Made by a program: the position numbers and the translations under genes. This document shows positions 1 to 15,000 of a stretch of DNA of 64,000 nucleotides, one piece after another. Location: contig CP075492.1 in NCBI GenBank assembly GCA_021613535.1, positions 9,300,001 through 9,364,000 of the forward strand, given 5' to 3'. The notes beneath the pieces are model-generated. The model was not told the origin of the DNA, did not search any database, and saw only the letters and a list, made by a program, of their open reading frames with translations. Numbering within the stretch: position 1 is the stretch's first letter; each line of letters starts with the position of its first letter. The DNA comes from Adineta vaga (taxonomy: Eukaryota > Animalia > Rotifera).

Positions 1-3000
1 GCTTCTAAAACCAATGTGATCGTATTATTTGCTTTAAGAAACATGGCAATGCCAGAAATTGTAGAAAAAGCTGCTTGAATTGAATCGGAGTTATTTGGAT
101 GACTGCAAAGAATCAAATCTAATGTTGTTCGAACAAGAAAATAAAGTTGTTCCACTTGTTTATTTCTCATTGTTGATTGTTGAAATATTTGAATCATTCT
201 AGTTAAGTTCATAACAATATTTCTTATCCTTTTACCTGTTTCGAATAAATCAATTTGTATAGTTGAAATGCCAAATAGAGACATTAGTTCAATAGTAATC
301 GACAAATATTCATCAAAAGAAAGTATTCTTTCACTGGTAAATCTTTTGATAATTGGACTCATTTTTCTTAAGATTTGCTTTTCTCTATCATTAACAAATG
401 AATTAGCAATGGATAGAATCGATTCATAAGTGATTGATTGACGATTAAGTTTCTTATGTAACAATTCCAATATTGATTGAAGGTTATCATGAAAATCTGA
501 TGGAAGATAAAGTTGAATAGTTATTTGAAATTGATTTAATATTTGTTGACTATCGTTTGATTCGATCGATTCAATGAAATTATAAACTACGATAAGTCTT
601 TTTCTCAAATTTCCGTTTGATAAACAAGATGAAACAATTTTTAATGTAGTTTTCAATAAATCAATCTTTGTTTTATCGGTACTCTTTTTTGCGCGTTGTA
701 ATTCTTTTCCTAGAGAGCAAATCGAAGGTAAATAAGATGGTAAATGTGTTTTTAATTCATCTGTAAGAGATAATGTTTTAAGAATTTCAAAAGGATCACT
801 TGTTTGAGAGAAAACTTTTGATAGATTACTAACAATTGATACAGCTTGCGTTGGTGAGTTTTGAAAAAATTCACATGCGACTAAATGAACAGCTGCTTCT
901 GAATCATAATTTTGAATATGTTGAATTAATTGTAAAATAGAAGTTAAAGATCGACCAGTTTTGACATCATTTAATAGAATAATCATTTCGAAAGCAAATT
1001 CAAGAGAATCTTTTGTTGCTATTGATTGTGTTAATAGACCATCTAAAACATTGACAATTTGACAAATTTCTTTTTTCATCGAAGGAAAAAGTGCAGTAGT
1101 TTGTGAAATAGCTAGTATCTTTTCATCATCTTGTAAATTTACGTAAATATTTGATATAACTTGAAGTGTAGGAGATAATTTCTCCGATGCCATGATCGAT
1201 GCTACGGATAAGATAACTGGAATAAGAAGTTTTCGTTCGATAGCTTGTGTATAATCTAATCTTTCTACTAATTCGAATATATGTTTATATCTTTCTTGAT
1301 TTGGTAATAAAGTAGAAAGTTTTTTCAATGCATGATATTTATCTATTTTAAGTAGATTTAATACTTGGAATGATATTGAAAATGCTCTACTAGTTTCTAT
1401 ATTATAATTGTCACGCATGTTTTTCAGAAACATTTTCTCTTCTTGTTGTTCGTTAGTAGTCCATAATTTAATTCCTTCATTGAAACCTATTCGAACACTA
1501 TCAGGTAAGAAAAGTGCAATGGATTTCAAAGCTGTAATTGGTTCATTTAAGCCACGCTTAATTATGGTACCTAAACTAACTTTATCATTGTTAACAAGTT
1601 CAGGCTCAATAATTTGTTGACTCCATTCACAAATGTGTTGTCTTGAAACTCTAGAATTTGTCAAAGGTAGAGAGAAAAATATTTGACGAGCCTTATCAGA
1701 AACTTTGTTATTCGATACTAGAGATAACATTTTATCCACTATGAATATATCTTGATTTTCCATTATATTCGACGATTGCATTGCTTTGACAATAGGTTGA
1801 AGAGATTCTTTTAATTGAATATTAGGAATACATTCAATTATTTCTGGAATTATTATATGCATATTTAATTCTGAAAGTTTTTCCTTGGATATTGTTCGAA
1901 GATTTTCAATTGAATCGATAATAGAATCTGATTGATGTCGAGATAATCGTGTACTTCTATTCATCCACATGGCCAATTCGTTGAAAGATAAATCGTTCAT
2001 ATCATTCAATAATTGATAACTGAATTTAAAAGCATCAACTGGTGTTATTGTCTCCGAATTTGTTAATGAAATAATTTCTAACAAATAATTTGTTCGTTGT
2101 TTTCTTTTATGTGGACAAATGATCTCATAGAGATTTGATATATGAAGCATAATTTCATAAAGATTATTTGCTGAAATTGCATCGAATAAGTTTCGTAAAG
2201 TCGTATTTAATCGATTTCGGTTTTGAATTTGAAATTTTGTAGCAAAATATTCTTCAATTTTCGTAAGAGTATCTGCATTTGGTACTGAATTTGAAAATTG
2301 ATAAGACTGTTTGATCGATTTGCGTATATAATCGAACCCTTCCAAAGCCGGTCTTGCCATTTGATAATAATAATAATTTGACCAAAGTGCACAATCAAGG
2401 AAATCTTCTGATGATGATAAATTCGCTAGTTTTAAAAATATTATTGATAAACTTTGACAATTATTAGAACCCAAAGATAAAACTGATCCTACTATATTTA
2501 AATACATTTTTTTACTACAAACTGATGTTTGATCGGAAAGAACAATAGAAGAAAGAAGTATTTGTAATCCATTAATCATTTTCATATCAAAATATGGTTT
2601 TAATGACAAACAAAGATCAATGATTATTATTGACCAATTTCTAGTTGTTTGAATCCTTTTGTTTAAATTTGATATGGAACGATGTAGACAATGAAATGCT
2701 TCTCTCATATCATCAGTAAATCTCGATGATAGAAGCATGAATGTAAACGGAATAGAAATTAAATCATTTATATTTAAAGTAGTTTTATCATTCATTAATT
2801 TTTCGTTTAATTCAATAAAATCAATCAGATTTTCATATTCATTTGTTTGTTCACGAATAAAACTAAAAATCAATCGTGTCGATAAAGAACTATCAATACT
2901 GGAGAGAAGTTTTTGAACTAAACCAATGCCAGGTAATATAAAATTTAATTCGTGAGCTTTGTGAACAATTAAATTTTCAGTAATTGTCTGAGGATTGAAT

Positions 3001-6000
3001 GCAAATTGAAGTAAATAATCAAGAAATTTTAATGAATTATGAGTCGATTCCGAACTTATTTGTAAAAGAAGATTTTTTATCGATGGATAAAGTGTTTTAG
3101 TTTGTTCAACTGTTGTTATTGTATCGAGAACTTTTTCAACAAAGTTTTTCAAGCGTTGTTGTTGTTTTCCTGACAATGATGTTCTATTAGGTTGAAAACT
3201 AATCAAATCAATTGCATAATCTAGAAGACGTTTCTTTGCTTTTTCTTCGCGTCTTGGATTGAGATGATTTTGTCGTTCGTATTCAATTAAACGTGCTAAG
3301 ATCTGTTCACTGGGTACTTGAGCGTATTCTTCGAAGAAGATTGCTAAATTTTCAGCATAATGAATTGCGAATGCAAAACTTTCCTCACTTGTACTGCCCT
3401 TTGGACCAGATATCACACGAGATAATGAATCATTAAGAATCTTCTCTAATCTCTGTTTTAATTCGGTCCATTCATTGTTTGAAATTGAATGTAATGCTAG
3501 AAGAAGATTTCGTCGAATTGTTGATATATAATCTTGATGTTGATTTGAATCAGATTCAATTGCTGTTAGAATCGACTCACAAGCTGCAGATAAATTGTAT
3601 TTGGTTGATTTGGATCGGTATAAATTAATGCATTCAGAGTAATTATAATCGGACTAATAGCAGTTGCTGCTCTTTGTGAATAAGGTTTTGTATTATCCTC
3701 GAGAAGAGCTTTGAATCGTTGTTCAATTTTTGAATTATTCAAATGTTGCCATGATGTTGGAAGATTAATCAGATGAGTTCGAGTTGATAACTCTTCAATG
3801 GATTTAATGCGTCCTGTTATAATTAATCTATTACTTTGAATTGTGTAAGTTGAAAATCGAGTAAGAAATGGTATATCAATTCTGAAAACGCCATTCATTG
3901 CATTCTCTTTGATTTCAATGAAGTATACTATTGTTCGAGAATTTCCTGGAGAAACAACGACATTTCGATCGCAGTTTGGTATATTGAAATCAAACGTATT
4001 ATTTTTTGTTTCTTCTGGATTAATTTGACCTGAAATATTTCCAGTATTTCGAATGACAATTGAAAAAGGACCTAATTTTGAACCTGCTGTTGTTGTACCA
4101 CAATGAAGAAATGGTGGATCAAATGAAATTATTGGCACCATACGTTTACAATGGAAAGGTATTCGGATAAATGTTTCTTCAAAATTTCCTTCGAGAATCA
4201 AATTACAGTCAAATGAAACTAATTTCTTTTGAACTTCATAGATATAAGGACAATCAAATTTTTTATATGGAAGAATTTTCAATGGGAGACGAACTTCTTC
4301 TGGAATAGTTAGATAAGCTGATGTTGCATGAATATGATCGATAATCATTGGTACTGGACCTTTATTGTATAAAGTAATATTATCTATGATTTGTTCTTTA
4401 TTTTCTTCCACTTCTAATTTTGTTAGAGATTGAAGTAATGCAAAATCTAATTTAGGCCAACCAGCTGTTGTTTTAAATTTCAATTTGAATCGAGGATTTT
4501 GTATTCCATGAACAAAATGAAGTTCAATTGTATTGATCAAAGATTGATGAATAGATTTGATATGAAATTGAATTTGTAATGGTAATGATCTTCCAGGATC
4601 TAGAAGTGCATTTGAATGTGATAAATGTGTTACTATAGTCGATGAATCAGGATCAGTTTGTGTTTCCAATACCATTTGTATTTCACCTGTATTTCGAACA
4701 ATGAATTCTTCCGAAAGAATTGTATTTGGAAGACAAGCTTCTAATTCTGTCGTGTATTCCTTTCCGGTTAGAACCTGTGATCGATAGATAAGTTCATATG
4801 TAATACGTCGAGTCTTACCCACACAGAAAATACGATATTTGAAATCTTTTCGAAAATAGATTTCATAAGTACATGTCGCATCTTGTATTAAATCTTGAAT
4901 ATTCCAACGAATAGTTAATGTTCTTGATTCATAAGCCAAAAGAAGTAAATTTGAATTTCGATTTTCAATTTCAAATCGACCTGTTGCACCGCCTTCTCGT
5001 CGAATTTTTACCCGAAGATCAACTGATGTTGGATTTGTTATTGTAAATGGCTGTGTTAGATGAGACGTTGAACGTAATGCAACAACACCAAAATCCATTA
5101 AATATGTTTGAATTGGACTCGTTGATGTCGATTCATTTGTAGTTTGATATCGTGGTAAATTAATATCGATAGAAAATTGTCGAATTTCACAACGAAGAAT
5201 AAGAGGAATTGTTAATTGATGATTAAGTAATTTCATTTGCCATTCTTGACTATGTTTACCTTCTTGAACTGTACTATCAAGTAGAACTTTAATTGAACTA
5301 ATACTTTGTGGATTGACAACAAATGTTAATGGTTGAATTGTAAATACAGTGGAGGAATTCTCTGGCGAATTTGATAAAATTGTAAAATGAAGTTGATCAT
5401 CACTATCATTAAAAATTTCAATGGTCTTCATTTTCATTTGTACTGGTGACCAATGTTGAGTGACTTCTTTCATTTGAATAGTCAATGATGAACAAGAAGA
5501 GGAGTAAATTCCTTGTCGTTTTGTTATTGTTATTTTACTAATCGCTGGTGATCCAATTGATGTAGTTAATGTTTTAACATTGATAACGTTATGAATGACT
5601 TCAGTTTCAAGATCACGAACCGGTTGACGAATTGATCGTATTTGTTTTCTACGTTCTTGAATTGAAGTAATAATTTCATCAAAAATTGTTGAATATGTGT
5701 CGAATTCTTTAGTTGTAAGAACTGATATTTGATCTTTTTTCAACCAAGATTCCTTTATTTCATTGATTAAAGTCAAAGCATTCTCACAATGAACTTTTGT
5801 TTCTAGAGAATATCGAATCAGTTGCATAAATTGTATTTCAATATATTTCAAGTCTTGATTCATTCTTACAGCTGAACTTGAATGACTTGCCATCGTTTGT
5901 AAAGCATTTTTCATTAAATTCAACATTTCACGTGTTTGTAATTTGTCAATACTTTCTGTCGATATATAACCTACACTATCTTCTAATCGAATAGTATAAC

Positions 6001-9000
6001 CTACTCTGTCGATATTATTTAATGAACCAAGTAGTTGTGCTTTAAAGTTGTCATATAAGAAAATTGCATGTTGTATTGAAAGAAACATTTTTTGTAATTC
6101 GCATAAGCCTTGATAAAGTTTGTCGAAATTAAATTTTTCTTGAAAACGTTTTAAGTCTTCTCTTAAAGATTCTGCTGAATTAAATTCAAAGATGATACTA
6201 TTAGGGAACAAGGAAAGTTCATCATCATTAATAATCATATTTAATGTCTGTATGACTTCTGTAATGTTTTTCTTGAAATCTTCATCTTGAGATAATGATT
6301 GTGTCATTAGATAATGATGTGTTAGTGGATTTGATTGGTTTAAAGTTTGACGATCTTTTTCTCGACGAACAGTTGATAAAGAACGAATATCTTCCTGAAC
6401 TGGCATGGGATAATACGATGGTGGTGTAGGCATCTTATATTCTGTTGAACGTATTTTTTGAATCGAACGACATGATTTTCAAGACTTAAAATCCAGTTTC
6501 TAAGTTGATTAGTTCTCTCCTGTGGTTGTAAAAGTTTATATCTGTCATATGTTTCAATATATCGATGATCTGTAGTAGGAATTTCTGTTGTCGAAGTTGA
6601 AGAGTTTTCTTGTGTCGATGTTTGATGTTCGATGACGTTGATCGTTTTCATTAAATTGATGGATAAATTATGATAAATTTCGACAGTGATTGAACTCAAT
6701 CCATAATTTCCAAAACTATATCGAATACTTGTATTATTTTGTTGACACATTTCTTGATAGTCAAGAGGAATACGAATCATTTCTGTCCACCTATCTGTAG
6801 GTTCATAACGTGCACACAAAACTAACCACCAAACATTCTTTGATGATGTTGCAGGATTCGATGGTGACATTATTACATAGCTGAAAAGATTAGATACATA
6901 ATTAGTAAATGCCATGCGTGCCAGTGGTTTCGATGGACCATCGACTACAGTGCGAGAGTCATCGGAAACTAATTGGACCATATTATCCCATGAATTTCTA
7001 TATGTTCTGCCATTCGGATAATCTCCGTGATAACGAACATTTGTGACAACCACTTGAATTGAATCAATCTTGACCATTTGCATTAACTCTTTTCCTTCAA
7101 CATCTTCATTTAATCGACATTCAATTGGAACAGCTTCATTCAAGTTAACTAAATCTTTTATAACTTTTATTACATCATTTGTTAATTTGTTCTGATCATT
7201 GATCACTAAATCATTCGATGGTATCTTTGCAGCAGATAATAAACTACCGATTAATTTCAAATCATTGAATATTTGATTTATATTCAATTTAATTTGCTCA
7301 ATCTTATCTTGTTTTTGTTTACATTGTTTCAAATATTGATTTTCTAAATCACTATTTTTCTCTCGAAAATGTTGAATTCGTCGATCATAGTCAGCTTGAA
7401 TTTGTTGTACAATTTTCTTATTTAGTTCTTCTCGACGATCAACTATTTGGTTAATTTGTTCATTCCATTTTTGTACGAATAAAACTAAGTTTTCTTTATT
7501 CATTTCAGAATGTTTAAGATATTTTTCGTTCATATCATTTTTCGAACCTTGTAAATTACTCATAGAAAGACGTAAGGATTCAAAACGAAATATTTTTGTT
7601 AATCGAGTCAAATAGACAACAAATGGTTCGTCATTAATAAGATCTTTTGATGAATATTTTCTTTTAAATTGTGCAATAGTTAATTGAAGAAACTCTCGAA
7701 TATCATCTGCTTCTTTATCGAATAATCGAACAACTACAGAATATTTCAATTGTTTGTTCTTTGATTTCTTAATCGATACTATTGAAGCAGTAAATGAACG
7801 AAGAATTTGTGCAGCTTGTGTCCAACCTTGGACGAGAAACTGCGCTAATTGTGCGTACCATTCGATGTCTCTATCAAAATTACTTATTGTTTGAGAATAT
7901 CGGACTAAATTTGCGGGCATTAATGTTTCAATAAAAGTAATATCATCGATATTTGAATGTTGGAAATTCTCTTCACGAAAAGGTGTTTGTAAATGTTCAA
8001 TCTGATTTTGTTGAGATTGTTGAAATGATTGAAGAAAAAAGAGAAAATATTCCTCAATTAAGTTTTCTAAGATTGATCTTAAATGATTTAAAGGTTCAAT
8101 CGATTTTGATCGTTCTTTTTGTAAGATTTTAAGAAAAACTAATCCTTGATTTAATAAATTATCTAATTTATCTTCTCGAATATAAATTAAAGTTGTATTT
8201 AAAACAGATTCAATTGGTAAACAAGGAAAATCCATTATAGTAATTAAATCTTTTCGAAATGTTTCAAATTCATTGATTGTTTCTAATTCTAATGAATCAT
8301 TTGAATTTTCGAGTATTTTTACCAGAATATCTCGAATATTACTGATGAAAATATTCAAAACATAACTCACTTGAATAAGACTAGTGGATTTTGTTGGTAT
8401 ATCAATTATTCCAAGAAGTTTTCTTATTTGACGTTCGATATCATCAAGTAATGCAGATGGATTGTAGCAAATATTACTAAACGTATGTGTATACTGAAAT
8501 TCAAGACAATGTTGTAAGAGAATAAAATCATGACGTAAACTTTGATGAAATTCTTTTAATGAATATTCATCAGTTGGAATATTTGTTCCTGGTATATCGG
8601 AATTTTCACGAAAACCACTGAATTGAATTAATTGTTTTATATTATCATCCCATTTGAAAGATTCATTATCAATTGTAAGAATTGATTTTCGTAACTGAAC
8701 CAAGTTTGAAGTGTTTGATTCTTGATTTTTAAATAATTGAATAAGAAAAATTGCAATGCGAGCATAAAGACTCGAACAATGAAAGAGAAGAACTGACAAA
8801 TTCTTTGCTGAATAATAACCACGAGCTTTAACAGCAAAAGTATTCATTTTACGAGAAACTTCAGTTAATTCTTGAATAGTTTGTGGTATTGTATCGATAC
8901 TTAATGTAATTGATGATAAATCGTTGACTTTAACAATTGGTTGAACTAATATTTCTGTATTATTAACAATTGAACGTGTTTCATCCAGTGTACTTTCAAT

Positions 9001-12000
9001 GGATTTAACATGTCGACTAAATTGATCTGGAAGATCATGAAGCCAATTTTGTGTAGAATTTATAAATTGAATATGTGCTAAATTATAAGCTAATATACAA
9101 CGTTGAAAAAACTGATATAATTGATCATTATCATTTAACCATTTTAAAGCTAATTGATAATCTTTGGAAAATTTTTTTAATTCATCATCTAATTTTGAAA
9201 TGGTTTTTTGAAAACGTGATTGAAATTGTTGAAAATTTTCTTGTGAATATCCTCGAACGTTGGTCTTTAATGTAAACATATATTGATAGAATTCTTGAGA
9301 TGTTATTAATCTTGATTGTCTATCATTTGTTGTTTCTATTTGATTTTCAAGTGCATCAATCAAATAAGATGCTAAATAAGTGCTTTTCATTTGTATTCGA
9401 TGATTAATCTTTAACAATTGACTAAGTCGAAAAGTAACAGCTTCATTTAATTTTAATTGAAATTCTTCTTCTTTTCTTTTACATTCATAATCTAAATCAG
9501 ATCTTTGTTTTTCTAATTCTTGACGTTCATAATCGAAATGAATTGAAGTATTCAATTGTGTTTCAATCTTTTCTCTTTGTAATTGAACTCGTTTTAAATC
9601 CTTTCCAAGTTCATCCATTACATGATCGGAAAGATTCAAATAATCTGTGACTAGAATTGTATTCGATGTTTTTAATTTATTCATAAAATTTTCTAGATTT
9701 TTTTGCAATTCATCAAAGATTGTATTTAATAAAGATTGTAGTTGAAGAGCAAAAAATGCATGATATTCATTACATTCAGACAATTGACGATATCCGTATC
9801 TATAAATCTCGACATTTTCTCCAGCTTCTTTGATTCGATCGGTAAATGTTTTTATTAATTTTGTAAGCTCAATCGAAGCTTTTATACCATTGTCATACAT
9901 TAGTGGTAGATTTTTGCCATTTCTATCTTTTAAAATCAATTGATGATCATAAAGTTTTTCGATCGATTTACGGAATATTTCACTTTCAAAACAGCGTTCT
10001 AATTCTGAATAATTTCTAAAATCAAATGTATCAAATGGAATCGATTTGAGAAAAAATGTTGACAAATCAGGAAATAAAAGTGCAATACAATCTGATAAAC
10101 GTAGATAAGATAATTGAATGCCAGCATGTTGATTATAACTAGTTTGATCATGTAGAATTTGTGTTAATGTTTCATGTCGTTTATTAAGTTGAACAAGAAG
10201 AGGATAGAGATGTATTAATTTACACGAATCAACATCTTCATCATTTGTTTTTATCAAAAGAATATTTGTTTTATTACAAGGATTCATTGTTTTCAACTCA
10301 TTATATCGTTGTTGAACAAGATTGACTAATGTTCTCTGTTGAAAATTGTCTAATTTATGTTTTGGTAAATGAAATGAATTAGATATATCTTGACTTTGTT
10401 CTTGACACCATTGTAATAAATCTCGACAAAGTTCAGCTAATGGTCTACAATCTACAAGCATAAATGTACTCATCAAAGATTTCAAAATCTCTATAGTTGA
10501 TTCAATTGATGAATTTGTATCTTCATTTGATAAGCAAAGTTGATAAACTAAAGTTTCAACTTTTCTCCATCGTAATTCATTGGTTTGACTACGAAAATAA
10601 TCGATTAGAAATGTTGATGCTGGATCGTCTGTAGAACATTTTTGATCTAATAATGATTTAATCGATTCGAGAAGTTTATTTTGTTCAACATCCGACAAAG
10701 TCGATGAATGTTGAAGAGTTCTATTTAAAAGATCATTTGAATGATCTAGAATTTGTTCTTGTTTGAAACGTTTCAAATTGAAGATATCCGCTTTTTTATG
10801 TTTAATTGATTCATGTGAAATATGTTTTTTAATTTGTTTTGGATATTTTTTCCATTCTAATAGATTAATATCTGACAATAGTGTTCTACTACGTTTAATT
10901 TCATTTAATTCCATCAATAACATAACAATGGCATGTTGAATTCGTGGTAATTCTTTCTGTTTTGTAACTTGCAATAACTGTTCAAGATCCTGTTCAACTT
11001 TAGATAATTCAATATTTTGAATTTGAAGTATATCTTCATTTGTATCTATCTTAAAAGATGTTGTTCTTGATTGATTTTTTAATGAATATTCTTTAAAATT
11101 AGTTAGAACTGGTTTACTCCTTCGAATCATATCTTCAATTTCAATTTTAGTAAACATTTCCAATTCGTTCATTTCATCCAAAGTTAACTGTTCAATCGTT
11201 TTCATTTGTATCATCGCTGCATATTGTAATATTTGATGATGAAATTCAGTCAATTTTTCTTCGAATTTTTCTATTGAAATTTGAAAATTATATGAATCTA
11301 TTTGATCCATAATGAATTTTACAATGGTTATAAGTAGATTAGCAATTTTATGGGCATTTTTGTAAAGATCAATATCATTGCTATTGTTTTGATTTCGTAG
11401 AATAAGTTGTAAAAATTTCGATTGAATTCGATGTACACGATTGATAAGTGTGGAAATAAAAACATGAAATTTCGTTTGATCATCAGATAGATATGGTTTT
11501 AATTGATTTAAAACAGGATATTCTGCTTGTTTTTCATGAACAAGAGATAAAATTCGAGCTTTTGTATTCGATTCTTTGGGTATACATAATGATAATGTTT
11601 CTTCTAATTTTGTTTCTAATCTTTTAATTTTAGGTCTTTCTAAATCATTTCTTAATTGATCCAATAATCGAACTAAATCATCGAATTTAATTTCTTTTGA
11701 TGATGATGATAATGAAACTTGTTCTAACATTGTTTTTGTTTGTTGAATAATTTTTCGAAAGAAATCAATATCTTTTTGTATTTCAATTTCAATTGAATAT
11801 TGATAAATTTGTTGATCATTTCGAATTATTCCTAAACGTCGTTGATCATGAATCCAATTTAGAATATCTGATCGAATTTGTTCGAGATATTTTTGTTCAA
11901 TTGTAAAATCTTGTTCTTTAATTTTTAATTGAGTTTTTTGAAATAATTGTTTGATAATATACGGAAGAAGAAAATGAACAAATTCTTTATTCATATTTAT

Positions 12001-15000
12001 TGAAAGATGTCGTCGATCAATTTCGAATTGTGTTGTCATTGATCGTTGGTGAATTTCATTTTCAAGAAGATCAATAAATTGAAGGAAAGATTTATCAACT
12101 GTTGTTGTTTCTGTTTCTTGTTCAAGAATGAAATGAATAGTTGAAATTTTCTCATTGAAATGTGCAACACCTGAATCATTGATTAAATATCGATTAAATG
12201 AACTTTTATCAATAATAAGAAAATTTGTCAATTGAACATTAATAATAATATCAAAATCATTATTTAATTCTAAAGATTTTCGTATAATTGAAAGCATAGT
12301 ATCTTCTTTACAAATAAAAAGAAGAATATTCTGTTGAAATAATCTTGGATAAACTAATTGCATCAAAGCAAGAGCTGAACGTCCATGTGCCGTATCAATA
12401 TCATTAAAATTCAATTTTTGAAAGATTTCTCGTCGAAGAATTTCACCATATAATTGTTTAGTATCTTTATCAATACATGTAAATGACGAATAGATTTGAT
12501 TGGAATTATATTCATTTAGATAAATATTAGAAATTGTTTCAATTAATTGATAAATATGATTTTCTTGTCGTTGTTGAGCATATTTACTTATATTTTCTAG
12601 CCAACCTTTTGCTTCGTATTGATTTAAACAAGTTTTAAGTGGGATAAATAAATCAAACATTCTTTCTTGTAATTGTCCGAGTGCTTCTAGAGCAGCTAAA
12701 TGTTCATATTTTTCGTTAATTAACTTATTTTCTTCTTCTTTTGCACGATTTAATTCGCGATCGATTTCATCAACTTGAAGCGTTCCAGATTGAAGAAGTT
12801 GATTGTTTGCTTCATAAATGGCTCGAATTTTTTCATCAATTTCCAATGGATTTGGAAGTAAACTATTTTTATGTTCATTATATTTCTCTTTAGCTTCATC
12901 AAGTTGAGTTTTACATGAATCAATTTCGACAAAAATCTTTCCAAGAATTGTTTGAATACAAAATATTAAATTTAAAGTCATTAATAGATTCGAAGAATTC
13001 AATAGACTTTGTTGTTCATCAAGTTTATCAATAAATTCTGGTTTAATAAGTAAATTCATTGTTAATTTACAAGCAACATTTAATTCTAATTTCGACGCAG
13101 CAATTAAGATCAGTTTCTTCTCATTCATTTCTGATAGATATTGATATAATTTCAAGATAATATCCAAACGTTGATCACCTGAATATATAATTGGTAAAGA
13201 TTGAACTTTTTGTAAATGAACATTAATTAATTTTAATGATGATGCAGAATCATTCGATTCATCATCATTAACAATTGAATTTTGTTGTCGTAAAGATTCT
13301 TGTGTTTGTGAAAGTATATATAAATCATTTTTAGCCATTGATTGACATGGAAATGAAACCCATTTGATATAAGTTTGTAGAATTAATAAACGATTTAGAT
13401 CTTTTCCTATCATATAATTATAATGTTCAACAAGTGAAGATCGAGATGAACGTGAAACAAATTGAAATTTTTTTGCTAATTCTATTAGGTTATGTATCGT
13501 AGAAGTTAATCGTTGTAATTCTTTTAATCGATATTGTGCATCGAGAAAGGAAGTTTGTTGAACAAAATCAATAATTAATTTTAAACATTCACTAATTGTA
13601 TTATTTAATCGAACTATTGTATCGTCTATATGTTCAAATGGATTGAGAATTTTCATTGTTTTGAAATATTTATAAGTTTTTATCAGATATTCTTTAAGAT
13701 CAGACGCGAATGATGTTGATTTTTGATTTGTAGTAAGAAGAAGTTGTGATTGAATAGGTGATATATCGATTCCATTGGCATTTTCATGTTTGATTTTTAA
13801 TAAAGGTTGAATAAAATCGAATAATGTGAGAATATAATCATGAAAATCTTCTCGATTAAATAAATCATTTGGAAAATCTTTTTCAATCATACGTAAATGA
13901 AGTTCTAATATTGATTCTTCAATTGTTGCAGCTAAATTATGGATATGTTTCGATGGTCCATACCATTCCATTTGTTCTTCAAGATTTTGACCTGTTGATG
14001 TTGATGTTAACATAGGTAATGCTAAATAACTTGTTTTATTATGAATTTCTGAATGTTTCAAATGTTCAATAAATGATTTAATTAGAGCTAGTTTGCCTGT
14101 TTTGTCTAGAATGGGATCCAGATAACTTCGAAAGATTGAAATTTTCAATGCTTGTACTGGATTATCTCCTTTCATAGCGTAAGTTTGTACAATTCGTGTT
14201 GCACGTTTTAAATTCTGATATGAATATTTATATGATGGAATTAATTGAAGTTCTTTTTCATTCGATAATTTTTGTGCTGATGCATGAACTCTCAAAAGTG
14301 TCGAAGTTAATTCTTGACCAGCATTGATTCCTTGAAGTTCACCTTTAATTAATTCAGTTAGATCATGTTCATCAACATTATTTACTGTTAATTCTTTATC
14401 CAATGTTTGCATACGAATAATCAAACAACGATTTCTCCATGCACTTGATAATTTATTTGCCATTTTTCGATTTGTATTTGCAATAACAAATAAACGAAAA
14501 TCTTTGTGAATTCCATTACCACGACGATATTGATGTGCATCAGCTGATTCATATAATGTTAATGTTGGTTCAGTTTCAGCCAAAGAATTTAAACGTTCAA
14601 TAACATCACCACGTGCACAATTGATATTATCTAATAGAATCCAATCACCTCGTTCCATAGCTTGAATCAATGGTCCTTTATTAAATGTAAATGTTAAACC
14701 TTCACTTAATCGTTTTGCTAATTTACAATCATCTTCTATTTGATCTAATGTATCAAGATATTTCTCAATTTCATCTGATATGGACTTTTCTTGAGTTTGT
14801 TTTGAATGTTCTAAACCAGTTTCTAATATCAACTGGCATTGTTCGTAAGCATGTTGTGTTTCTTCAAGATTATCTAAGGAATATAATTATATTCATGAAA
14901 AGAACTAATTCGAATTATAACTTACCACTTTCCCAATGACAAAGTATTGATCTCATATTTCGTATCAATGTTTCTGCATCCTGAGATTTCTGTGTCATTG

